Shown here one piece after another: positions 38,681-47,209 of a stretch of DNA of 63,519 bases; within the stretch, counting starts at the first letter, position 1; every line of letters begins with the position of its first letter. The notes beneath the pieces were generated by a model that did not search any database, was not told the DNA's origin, and worked only from the letters and a program-made list of their open reading frames with translations. The translations under genes were made by a program, and so were the position numbers. The DNA is from Clostridia bacterium (GTDB lineage: Bacteria; Bacillota; Clostridia; CAKSNL01; HGM11501): assembly GCA_045545475.1 (NCBI GenBank), contig JAZQAZ010000009.1, positions 1-63,519 on the forward strand, given 5' to 3'.

Positions 38681-39604
38681 ATGGTATATTACAAGATTGA
38701 CCTTCGTGATATCTTAAGAGTAACGCTTTTGGGCAAGGAAAAGCTTATTCCGCCGAGAATGCACTATAAACGTAATACCGTTGAGTACATCATGTACGTG
38801 GTGCTGGACGGAAAACTGCACCTAAAAGTAAATGATGAAGAAGTTACTTTGATGCCTGGAGATGTTCACATTTTCAATCAGGGAGACTATCAGGAAGCCT
38901 TCGAGAGCAGTTACTGCGAATACTATTACATCCATTTCCGCTCGCCTTACATCGAAAAGTCGGAAATGGAAGAAGCGGAATTTTTGGCACTCTGTGCAAA
39001 AAAGGAAGAAGAATTCAAGAAAATAGAGTTTTACAGAGAAAGCTGCTATGACTATTTTTATGTGTATCTGCCCGAGCACTTGCACATCGAATCTGCGAGC
39101 CTGTTTGAATATATAACAAACACTCTTAAAAACAATACACTAACACCCCTTACTCCCAGAAGCAAGAGCGTTGAAAACCGCTTTTCTGTTTCCGCATCCT
39201 TTGAAAAGATTTTGTTTAAGCTTGAAAAGTCCGAAACTCCAAAGCAGGATAACTCCCACAATATAGCCTGGAAAATAGCAGACTTTATTGATAAAAACTA
39301 TTTTCTTCCCATAACAGGAGAGGATATTGCAAAGGAATTTTTCTTAAGCTTTGACTACGCCAACAGAGTTTTCGGCAAGGTTATGGGCATAAGCATAATT
39401 AAATACAGAAACGATGTGCGTCTTCAGCACGCCAAGGCACTGATGCTTGCAACAACAAAGCCGCTACTTGAAATTGCATCCGAGGTAGGCTTTGAAAACG
39501 CCCACTATTTTTCAAGAATATTTAAAAAAGAAGAGGGAATTGCCCCCTCTGAATATAAAAAGGAATTTTTACGAAGCCAGAACATAGGAGGTCATTATGA
39601 ATAA
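38681..39604 (+). CDS. AraC family regulator
   Basis: YYIHF; VGFENAHYFSRIFKKEEGIAPSEY. Confidence 0.9.
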   Translation: MVYYKIDLRDILRVTLLGKEKLIPPRMHYKRNTVEYIMYVVLDGKLHLKVNDEEVTLMPGDVHIFNQGDYQEAFESSYCEYYYIHFRSPYIEKSEMEEAEFLALCAKKEEEFKKIEFYRESCYDYFYVYLPEHLHIESASLFEYITNTLKNNTLTPLTPRSKSVENRFSVSASFEKILFKLEKSETPKQDNSHNIAWKIADFIDKNYFLPITGEDIAKEFFLSFDYANRVFGKVMGISIIKYRNDVRLQHAKALMLATTKPLLEIASEVGFENAHYFSRIFKKEEGIAPSEYKKEFLRSQNIGGHYE

Positions 39605-40379
39605 GAAAATCAATGTAACCATCTGGAACGAGTTCTATCACGAAAGAACGAGGGAAAGCGTAAAGAAAATATATCCCGAAGGAATCCACGGAGCCTTAAA
39701 GGAAAAGCTTTCCGAATTCGGCGAGTATAATCTTACTGTTTTAACTCAGGATATGGAAGAGCACGGTCTTACGGATGAGGTTTTGGCAAATACCGACGTT
39801 TTAATCTGGTGGGGCCACGCAAAGCACCACGAGGTGGAAGATAGCGTTGTTGAAAAGGTTAAAGCAAGAGTGCTTGACGGTATGGGATTTATCGCCCTTC
39901 ACTCAGCTCATGCAAGTAAGATATTTAAAGCTCTTATGGGCACCAGCTGTCGTGTAAAGTGGAGAGAAAATGACGAAAAGGAAAGACTCTGGGTAATTGA
40001 GCCAAGCCATCCCATTGTTAAAAATGTACCCGAGTACATAGAAATAGAGGAAGAGGAAACCTATGGCGAACGTTTTGAAATTCCCACTCCCGACGAGCTT
40101 ATTTTCGTAAGCTGGTTCAAGGGTGGCGAGGTATTCAGAAGCGGATGCACCTTTAAGCGAGGCCTTGGTAAGATTTTTTACTTCCGTCCGGGTCATGAGG
40201 AATATCCCATCTATTACAGAGACGATATTATAAGAGTTATCAAAAACGCCATTGATTGGGCAAATCCCGAAGGCATTACAAAGCCTACACTGGGTCACGT
40301 TGAGCCTTTAGAGGTTGTAAAAGATAAGTTTGAAGGAAAAAGTATGGAAGAGCGTACCCATGCTAATTTAGGTAAATAA
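39597..40379 (+). CDS. thuA: ThuA (trehalose utilisation) family protein
   Basis: VTIWNE, YPEGIH, DVLIWWGH, LHSAH.SK, GGEVFRSG, YFRPGHE. Confidence 0.88.
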   Translation: MNKKINVTIWNEFYHERTRESVKKIYPEGIHGALKEKLSEFGEYNLTVLTQDMEEHGLTDEVLANTDVLIWWGHAKHHEVEDSVVEKVKARVLDGMGFIALHSAHASKIFKALMGTSCRVKWRENDEKERLWVIEPSHPIVKNVPEYIEIEEEETYGERFEIPTPDELIFVSWFKGGEVFRSGCTFKRGLGKIFYFRPGHEEYPIYYRDDIIRVIKNAIDWANPEGITKPTLGHVEPLEVVKDKFEGKSMEERTHANLGK

Positions 40380-40395
40380 TAAAGGAGAGAAAGTT

Positions 40396-41445
40396 ATGTT
40401 AAGAATTGGTATAGTTGGTGTAGGAAACATTGCCTGCAACATCCACATCCCCGAAATAAACGCCTGCCCTGACGGAGAACTGGTTGCACTTTGCGACATT
40501 GACGAGGCAAAATTAAAGGCTGCGGGAGAAAGATTTGGTATCCCTGAGCATATGAGATTTACAGACTATAACGACCTTATAAATTGCCCCGAGGTTGATG
40601 CGGTTGAGGTTTGTACACCCAACCACCTTCACGTTCCGATAGCTCTGGCGGCGGTAAAGGTAGGAAAGCCCGTTGAGGTTGAAAAGCCCTTAACCACCAC
40701 CTGCAATAGCGAAATGGAAGAGCTTGTGGCAGAAATTGAAAAGAAAAATGTTGTTAATATGATGTGCTTTTCCTACCGTTTCAAGAGCGCTGTTCGCTAT
40801 GCAAAGCACTTAATCGACCAGGGCAAGCTTGGCAAAATCGTAAACGTAAATATTGAATATCTTCAGTCGGGCGTATTCATCCCCGGAAGAAGACTTGAAT
40901 GGAGATTTGTGAAAGAATATGCGGGAAGCGGAACTCTTGGCGATCTTGGTGTTCACTTAATTGATATGACACGTTTCTTACTCGGCGAATTCAAAAGCGT
41001 TTCAGCCCTTTCCGCAACAGTTGTAAAGGAGAGAAGAAAGCTTGATTCCGAGGAAATCGCACCCGTATTGGTTGACGATATCACAAGCTTTATCGCAAAG
41101 CTTGAGGACGACGTAATTGCAAATTTCCTTGTAACAAAGTGTGCAATCGGCGAATCCAACACCATTAAGTATGAAATTTACGGCACCGATGGCGTTCTTA
41201 AGTTTAACTTGAACAGCCCCAACGAGCTTACACTCTGTATCGGCGAAATCGACAGGGAAACAAACTCCATTCACAAGGTAAACGTTCCCGCAAAATACCG
41301 TCTCGGTCAGGAAGAGTGCTTTATAAAAACCGTTTTGGGTAATGAATTTCCATATTATCCCGCAATCACCGAAGGCGTAAAGAGTCAGAAGATTGTGGAC
41401 GCGGTATTAAAATCTGCCGAAGAGGGAAGAGTAGTTAATCTTTAA
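40396..41445 (+). CDS. Gfo/Idh/MocA oxidoreductase
   Basis: GVGNIA, TPNHLH, EKP, GDLGVHLID. Confidence 0.9.
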   Translation: MLRIGIVGVGNIACNIHIPEINACPDGELVALCDIDEAKLKAAGERFGIPEHMRFTDYNDLINCPEVDAVEVCTPNHLHVPIALAAVKVGKPVEVEKPLTTTCNSEMEELVAEIEKKNVVNMMCFSYRFKSAVRYAKHLIDQGKLGKIVNVNIEYLQSGVFIPGRRLEWRFVKEYAGSGTLGDLGVHLIDMTRFLLGEFKSVSALSATVVKERRKLDSEEIAPVLVDDITSFIAKLEDDVIANFLVTKCAIGESNTIKYEIYGTDGVLKFNLNSPNELTLCIGEIDRETNSIHKVNVPAKYRLGQEECFIKTVLGNEFPYYPAITEGVKSQKIVDAVLKSAEEGRVVNL

Positions 41446-41586
41446 CAAAAAAGTGATGTGTTTCGCCACATCACTTTTTTGTTGACATAGGAAAAAACAT
41501 AAGATATAATTTTTTTAGAAGATTTATATTTTGTTAACCGTATGTTAAAAAGCAGATGGTACAATAAAATCAAAGGAGGTATTTTT

Positions 41587-43335
41587 ATGAAGAAATGTAT
41601 TGCTGTTATTCTCTCTCTGGCACTTATGCTTTCGGGTACCGTTGCGGTTTTTGCCGATGATGCCTGGAAGGAAAACACAGGTAAAATAAACCTTACGGAT
41701 ATGACGGTTACAGGAAGTGGTATTGCTGTTTCGGAAGGAACTGTAAAAATCACCAAGGGCGGTGACTTTACAGTAACAGGTAAAAATGAAGACTCTATGA
41801 TATACATAAACACAGAGGAAAAGGTAAAGCTTCGCCTTTCGGGAATGTCACTTACAAATCCCGACGGCCCTGCAATTTTCTTTGACAATACGGATAAGGC
41901 GTTAATCACAATTGAAAAGGATACAGAAAATTATCTTAAAGACGGTGCAACCTATAATGAGGATGCAAAAGCGGTGCTTTTCTCCAATGACGATATGGAA
42001 ATAAAGGGCGGCGGAAAGCTTATAATCGAAGCATCCTACAAACACGGCATCGCAGGCGATGACGATGTTGTAATAGAAAACGGAATTATCAGTATCACAT
42101 CGAAAGAACACGGTATAAAGGCAAATGACCTTCTCAATATCTTAAACGGTGAAATAACTGTTACATCAAAGGAAGGTAAGGGTCTTAAGGCCGATAAGGA
42201 AATTTTAATTGAAGGCGGTAAAATAAATCTTGTTTCTGAAAAGGACGAGGGTATTGAGAGCGAAGGAACGCTTACAATAAAGGGCGGTACAATAAATATT
42301 ACAGCTAAAGGCGACGGAATAAACACCGGTGCAACGGATGATGAAGCTGCTTTGGAAGTGCCTGCGGAAGGACATTTCCCAGGCGGAAAAGGCGGTAATA
42401 TGGGTGGTGATGCAAAAACAGAGGAAGCTGCTGCGGCATCGGCAATTACAATTTCAGGCGGAAAAATTTACATTAAAGCAGAGGGCGACGGAATCGACTC
42501 CAACGGGAAGTTGCTTATTTCGGGTGGCGAGGTCATAGTCGACGGTCCTGCGGGAGGCGGAAACGGATCACTTGACTATGCAAGAGGCTTTGATATTACA
42601 GGCGGCACGGTTATTGCAACATCAAGCATGGGGATGGTAAATATTCCATCTACGGTTACTCAAAATACTCTTAAAGTGACATTTAATTCAGGCTATGATG
42701 GCGGAAGAGAAATCGTCATAAAAGAAGGCGAAAACGAAATTTTAAAGGTTATGCCTGCGGTTTCCTTCCGTGGAATAGTTTTCTCATCTGCTAAGCTTGA
42801 AAATGGAAAAACATATAAAGTTTTTGCAGGTGGAAATGAAGAAGCAACCTTTGTTGTTGAGGAATCTCTTACATCTGTAGGAAATAGAGCAGGAGAAGGT
42901 AAAGAACGTCCTGAAGGGGGCGATAAAGGCCGCCCAGGAGAAAATCGCCATGAAGACAGGGGAGACGGGAAAAAGGATAGCGATGTGATACGTGTTACAT
43001 TGGACGGAAAACTGATTAGTTTTAATACCGATCCTGTAATTAAAAACGGAACTACGCTTGTGGGTTTCCGTGCGATATTGGAAGCTCTTGGTGCAACGGT
43101 TACATGGGATGGCGAAAAGCGCTGTGCCATAGCAGAAAAGGACGGAATTAAAATAGAACTTTATATTGATTCTGTTACTGCGTATGTAAACGGTGAAGAA
43201 AAGACACTTTTAACAGCACCGGAAATTATAAACGGCTCCACAATGATACCGGTAAGATTTGTTTCGGAAAATCTTGGGATGAAAGTTACATGGAATGAAT
43301 CTGAACGAAAAGTAATAATAGAAAGTCAGCAATAA
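41587..43335 (+). CDS. Secreted beta-helix carbohydrate-binding protein (Cthe_2159/DUF4353-like) with copper-amine-oxidase-N-like domain
   Basis: Signal peptide; repeated I.GG.I.I....DGI units; DGIDSNG; GSTMIPVRFVSENLG..V.W. Confidence 0.8.
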   Translation: MKKCIAVILSLALMLSGTVAVFADDAWKENTGKINLTDMTVTGSGIAVSEGTVKITKGGDFTVTGKNEDSMIYINTEEKVKLRLSGMSLTNPDGPAIFFDNTDKALITIEKDTENYLKDGATYNEDAKAVLFSNDDMEIKGGGKLIIEASYKHGIAGDDDVVIENGIISITSKEHGIKANDLLNILNGEITVTSKEGKGLKADKEILIEGGKINLVSEKDEGIESEGTLTIKGGTINITAKGDGINTGATDDEAALEVPAEGHFPGGKGGNMGGDAKTEEAAAASAITISGGKIYIKAEGDGIDSNGKLLISGGEVIVDGPAGGGNGSLDYARGFDITGGTVIATSSMGMVNIPSTVTQNTLKVTFNSGYDGGREIVIKEGENEILKVMPAVSFRGIVFSSAKLENGKTYKVFAGGNEEATFVVEESLTSVGNRAGEGKERPEGGDKGRPGENRHEDRGDGKKDSDVIRVTLDGKLISFNTDPVIKNGTTLVGFRAILEALGATVTWDGEKRCAIAEKDGIKIELYIDSVTAYVNGEEKTLLTAPEIINGSTMIPVRFVSENLGMKVTWNESERKVIIESQQ

Positions 43336-43361
43336 AAAAATCGGTGCATAGCACCGATTTT

Positions 43362-44834
43362 TTATTTATGTCCCATAGCGTAGCCTGAAAAGCCGTCAAG
43401 CACATACTGCCCCGATTTTCTTATGACAAGGGAAACCTCATCATCCTTGAAATAAAGGTGAATAACAACCTGACCGAAATAGTTGTCGATAATCTGCATT
43501 TTTATTGAAAACTTGTCCTTTTCGCTCCAGGCACCGGAGGCAACGGCGGAAAATGCACCTTCTTCGTTTTTACCCATACAGGTTTTGTGGGTACGCATAC
43601 CGAGGGAAAAATCAATAGGTTTGTTTTCGCAAAGCCCAAAGGGAATTGTGAAGATTTTCCCTTCCTTTGTAAAGGTGAATTTTCCTTCTTTATCATAAAG
43701 TGTCAGGGTAATATCTTCCATTTTCAGGGTGTTTTCAGAAAGGTGATAGGTTACGCCTGAAACTTTTTTTGCAGTTTCGGAATTTTTTTTGCCTTTTGCC
43801 GTAAAAAGCTTACGGGAGCTTAAATATTCCGAAAGTTCATTGAAAGCATCGGGATTTTCGGGAAGGGCTTCGTTTTTAATTGAAGGGATAAGATGCTTTA
43901 ACACTTCATGGAAAATTATGTGCCGTGATGATGCTGAACCCTGATTATCTGAAGTGATAACGAAGATAAAGTCCTTTTCCTCATCACAGATGGCAAGCTG
44001 GTCGCCCATTCCGATAAGAGAAAAACCACTGTCGTGGGTTTTCCATATAAGATAGCCATAGCCCGATGTGTCAAATGCCGTTATGTCCGGGGACAGGTTG
44101 TTGTCAGACTGCACTTTTACAGCTTCTTCCATAAAGGCACGGTCAATTATCTGCCTGCCGTTAAATTCACCCTTGTTAAGAATAAATCTTGCAAAGATTA
44201 GTAAATCCCTTGCGGTGCATACAACGCCTGAATCGCCAATGGTGTGACCGCCGGGCTCATACAAGGTGTAGCTTTCCTTTGAAAAGCCCATATCTGAAAG
44301 GAAGGAATCCTTTAAGTAGTCAAGAAAGGTCTTCCCAGTAAGGCGCTCAACTATGTTGCCGAGCAGGGCGGAGCCCATGGAATCGTAAGCGAAAAGCGTG
44401 CCCGGGATTTGCCCTGTGGTATTGGTATAGTACGCCTCTGTACGGTCGGAAAATAATCCCCACCAGGGCGAAAAGCGGTTTACATTGCTTTGCATGGAAA
44501 GCATATTTCTTATGGTGACGGACTTAAAATACTCATCCGTATCTTCCTTTTCATATTCGGGAAGATGGGAAAGAATGGTATCATCCAAAGACAACAATCC
44601 TTCTGTATAGGCAAGGCCTACTGCCATTGAAACAAAGCTTTTTGAAACAGAATACATTCTGTGCAAAAAGTCCTTGCTTATTGGTTCGTAATAAGCTTCT
44701 GTAATAACGGAATCGCCCTTTGCCATAATGACAGAATGGGTTGAAAGCTTGTAGGAATCGAAAATTTTTAAAACTTCAAGAATCTTTTCGGATGAAACTC
44801 CGCATTTTTCGGGAGCCAGAAAATCAAAAATCAT
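43362..44834 (-). CDS. Serine hydrolase, beta-lactamase/AmpC-like family
   Basis: YSVSKS (SxxK), FAYDS, YGYLIW. Confidence 0.85.
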   Translation of the reverse strand: MIFDFLAPEKCGVSSEKILEVLKIFDSYKLSTHSVIMAKGDSVITEAYYEPISKDFLHRMYSVSKSFVSMAVGLAYTEGLLSLDDTILSHLPEYEKEDTDEYFKSVTIRNMLSMQSNVNRFSPWWGLFSDRTEAYYTNTTGQIPGTLFAYDSMGSALLGNIVERLTGKTFLDYLKDSFLSDMGFSKESYTLYEPGGHTIGDSGVVCTARDLLIFARFILNKGEFNGRQIIDRAFMEEAVKVQSDNNLSPDITAFDTSGYGYLIWKTHDSGFSLIGMGDQLAICDEEKDFIFVITSDNQGSASSRHIIFHEVLKHLIPSIKNEALPENPDAFNELSEYLSSRKLFTAKGKKNSETAKKVSGVTYHLSENTLKMEDITLTLYDKEGKFTFTKEGKIFTIPFGLCENKPIDFSLGMRTHKTCMGKNEEGAFSAVASGAWSEKDKFSIKMQIIDNYFGQVVIHLYFKDDEVSLVIRKSGQYVLDGFSGYAMGHK

Positions 44835-47209
44835 TTTTTCACCTTCTTAAGAATTACGGGACCAACAAGGCCACCGTTTTGCGCTTTTGCCTCAGCCTTT
44901 TTCATATTGGCGTGATAGGGACCTACGTTTGCGATTGGTGTAAGGTCAAAGTATGGTGCATTTCTTGTTACATTTGCGGCTGTGTTTGCAACCACGATTT
45001 TTAAGCTTTCGCCGCCCTTTAAGTGTCCGATTTCTTTTTCATAGGGAGGCATAACAGCTTCTGCCCTCTTTTCGCCGTTTACATGAATTTTTGCAACGCA
45101 CCGAACATCGCCGAGTGAAAGGGCATATTCGCCTTCCTTAAGTGAGGGAAGTGTTATTTCATAGGTTACTTCGCCTGAAAAATCACTGCTCCATTCGTAA
45201 AGCCCTTTCTTGGTTTCACCGGATGTGTAATGTTCGTTATAAGGACCTTTGTTATCGTCGATTAAATATTTTCTTGATACAAAGGAAGTGAAATCCGCAA
45301 GTGTCAATACATCCTCATATATGGGGCGTTTCTTGAGATTTAAGAGATCCTTTGTAAGATAAAGCATAATTGCCTCGCCCCTTAAAAGTGTGGGGGAGAT
45401 TGTGATATAATCACCGTTCTTTTCAAAAGCAATTTCATAAAGCTCACCCGTATTAAGGTCGATTACGGAAGGGTTTTTATCTGTCTTTATCTTTATTTTT
45501 TCGTTAACTGTGGCACCTGCTGTGTTGACAATTAAATATGCCTCGTTTCCGTCATCAAATAAAAGATGGCGGACATTGGTTTTTTCATTTTCCCTCATCG
45601 CAACGGGTGTAAATTCGGATTTTATCAAAGATAGCTTTTTCATAACTTCTTCAGGCTCAAACTCACCTTCGGGAACGAAAACATTTTCATATGTAACGAA
45701 TTCACCTACTAATGAGCTGTTTTCGACCTTTGCGTTTTCGACAAATTCTTCGTCTATAAGGTCAAATGAAACGCCTTTTGCCATCAGCATATGCCCTAAA
45801 TCCTCGAAAGACTTCATAGAAGCATTTCCGATTACTCCGCTTGCACCTATAGAACGCTGTGGAAAATAAAGTGCAGTTTTAATATCTGCCTTTGAATTCT
45901 GGAGGATATATGAAAGACGTGCGGTGTAGTTATTTATGGTTGAAAGTGAATCCATAGAAGGATTTTCTCCGATAAAGCTTGGGCGATACTGAAGACTCAT
46001 GGCATTTTTTCTGTCATAGGACATTACCATAAAATTAAAAAGTGAAATTCCAAGTGCTGCCTGATAGTTTACGATATAGCGCATTTCCTCATTTGTTATG
46101 TGAGCACCATACACGGCAAAGCATTCGCTTACAGCTAAAGAATGTCCGGTGTGTCTTGCGGCACTTGATGCTAAAGCAGGGAAAAATTCATAGCCTTCAA
46201 AGCAGCTTTTTCCGTTTTCGGAAGGATAGGTAATCTGACTCCATATTACGTCAACTCCGGGTATATCATAAGTTCTTAAAAGCCTTAAGGCATTACCCAT
46301 ACGGAGCAAAGGAATTTCCGAACGGCTGTCACCGCCCAAGTGTCCTGCTGAGAGCATATTGTTTTCATTAAGCCACTTTTTCATAGGAAGAAAATAGTTT
46401 TCGTGCAAAAGCTTTGCACAAAGCATATTATAATCGCTTCTTGCCTTCATTGCTTCCTTTGTTTCGGGAGTAAGTCCGCTTCTTATGCTTGTTGCAATGA
46501 AAGGGATAAAGTCATAGCCGTATTCCTCGTAGAAAATCTTATCAAAATCCTTTGTCCAGTCTCCCATATCCGCTTCGTCATCGAACATAATATTAACATC
46601 ACTTCCGAAGGAATCGCCAAAGCGTTTCTTCCATTTTTCGTGGGTAAGCTCAAGGAAAAGCTTTGTGTTTTCCGGCCTTGCATTATCGGTTCTTACGTGT
46701 GTAACCCAGTTATTTGACGGAGCAGGAGTATACTCTGTAATTTCGGTATCATAAGAGAAGACTTCTCCTTCTTTTACATACTTATCTTTAATAAAGCCGG
46801 CTAAAGCACCGTCGCTCTTTTTATAAGCAGTGCCCTTGGGAAGGGAGATGACATTTTTTACAAAATCTATTCTTGCAAGGTCGGGGCGCATTTTTCTTAT
46901 CTGACCGCATACCATACCGGAGGGAAAGCCTCCCTCGTTGTAAAGCCAGGTGTGCATTCCTTTTTCCTTTGCATAGCTTGATGCGTAATGAACTCTCTCA
47001 ATATATTCGTCTGACATATACTCGGGGGATAAAAAGGTTTTTCTTCTGGCAGGAAGGAAATTTTCAGGCTCTGCAAGAGCGTAAAATGCGCGGATTCCGG
47101 CATCATACATTTCGTCAATCTGCCTTTTTGTTTCCTCGTCGGTAACGGTAGTATTCCAGAGCCATGTATATGCAGGATAATAAGTTACGGGAATGTTTTT
47201 AAAATCCAT
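44831..47209 (-). CDS. Putative glycoside hydrolase, GH106 (alpha-L-rhamnosidase)-like, copy A
   Basis: W.WN, WLYNEGGFPSG, FDDE, DIPGVD, SSAAR, SE.FAVYG; C-terminal LGDV...VNG and GLVGPV. Confidence 0.65.
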   Translation of the reverse strand: MDFKNIPVTYYPAYTWLWNTTVTDEETKRQIDEMYDAGIRAFYALAEPENFLPARRKTFLSPEYMSDEYIERVHYASSYAKEKGMHTWLYNEGGFPSGMVCGQIRKMRPDLARIDFVKNVISLPKGTAYKKSDGALAGFIKDKYVKEGEVFSYDTEITEYTPAPSNNWVTHVRTDNARPENTKLFLELTHEKWKKRFGDSFGSDVNIMFDDEADMGDWTKDFDKIFYEEYGYDFIPFIATSIRSGLTPETKEAMKARSDYNMLCAKLLHENYFLPMKKWLNENNMLSAGHLGGDSRSEIPLLRMGNALRLLRTYDIPGVDVIWSQITYPSENGKSCFEGYEFFPALASSAARHTGHSLAVSECFAVYGAHITNEEMRYIVNYQAALGISLFNFMVMSYDRKNAMSLQYRPSFIGENPSMDSLSTINNYTARLSYILQNSKADIKTALYFPQRSIGASGVIGNASMKSFEDLGHMLMAKGVSFDLIDEEFVENAKVENSSLVGEFVTYENVFVPEGEFEPEEVMKKLSLIKSEFTPVAMRENEKTNVRHLLFDDGNEAYLIVNTAGATVNEKIKIKTDKNPSVIDLNTGELYEIAFEKNGDYITISPTLLRGEAIMLYLTKDLLNLKKRPIYEDVLTLADFTSFVSRKYLIDDNKGPYNEHYTSGETKKGLYEWSSDFSGEVTYEITLPSLKEGEYALSLGDVRCVAKIHVNGEKRAEAVMPPYEKEIGHLKGGESLKIVVANTAANVTRNAPYFDLTPIANVGPYHANMKKAEAKAQNGGLVGPVILKKVKK

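Noticed and set aside
41442-41909. 155-aa minus-strand ORF
   Set aside because: Antisense to the secreted beta-helix protein, with composition typical of a shadow ORF.
43362-44834. Antibiotic-resistance beta-lactamase
   Set aside because: No signal peptide, YDS rather than YxN, and a glycosidase operon context; more likely an esterase or amidase.
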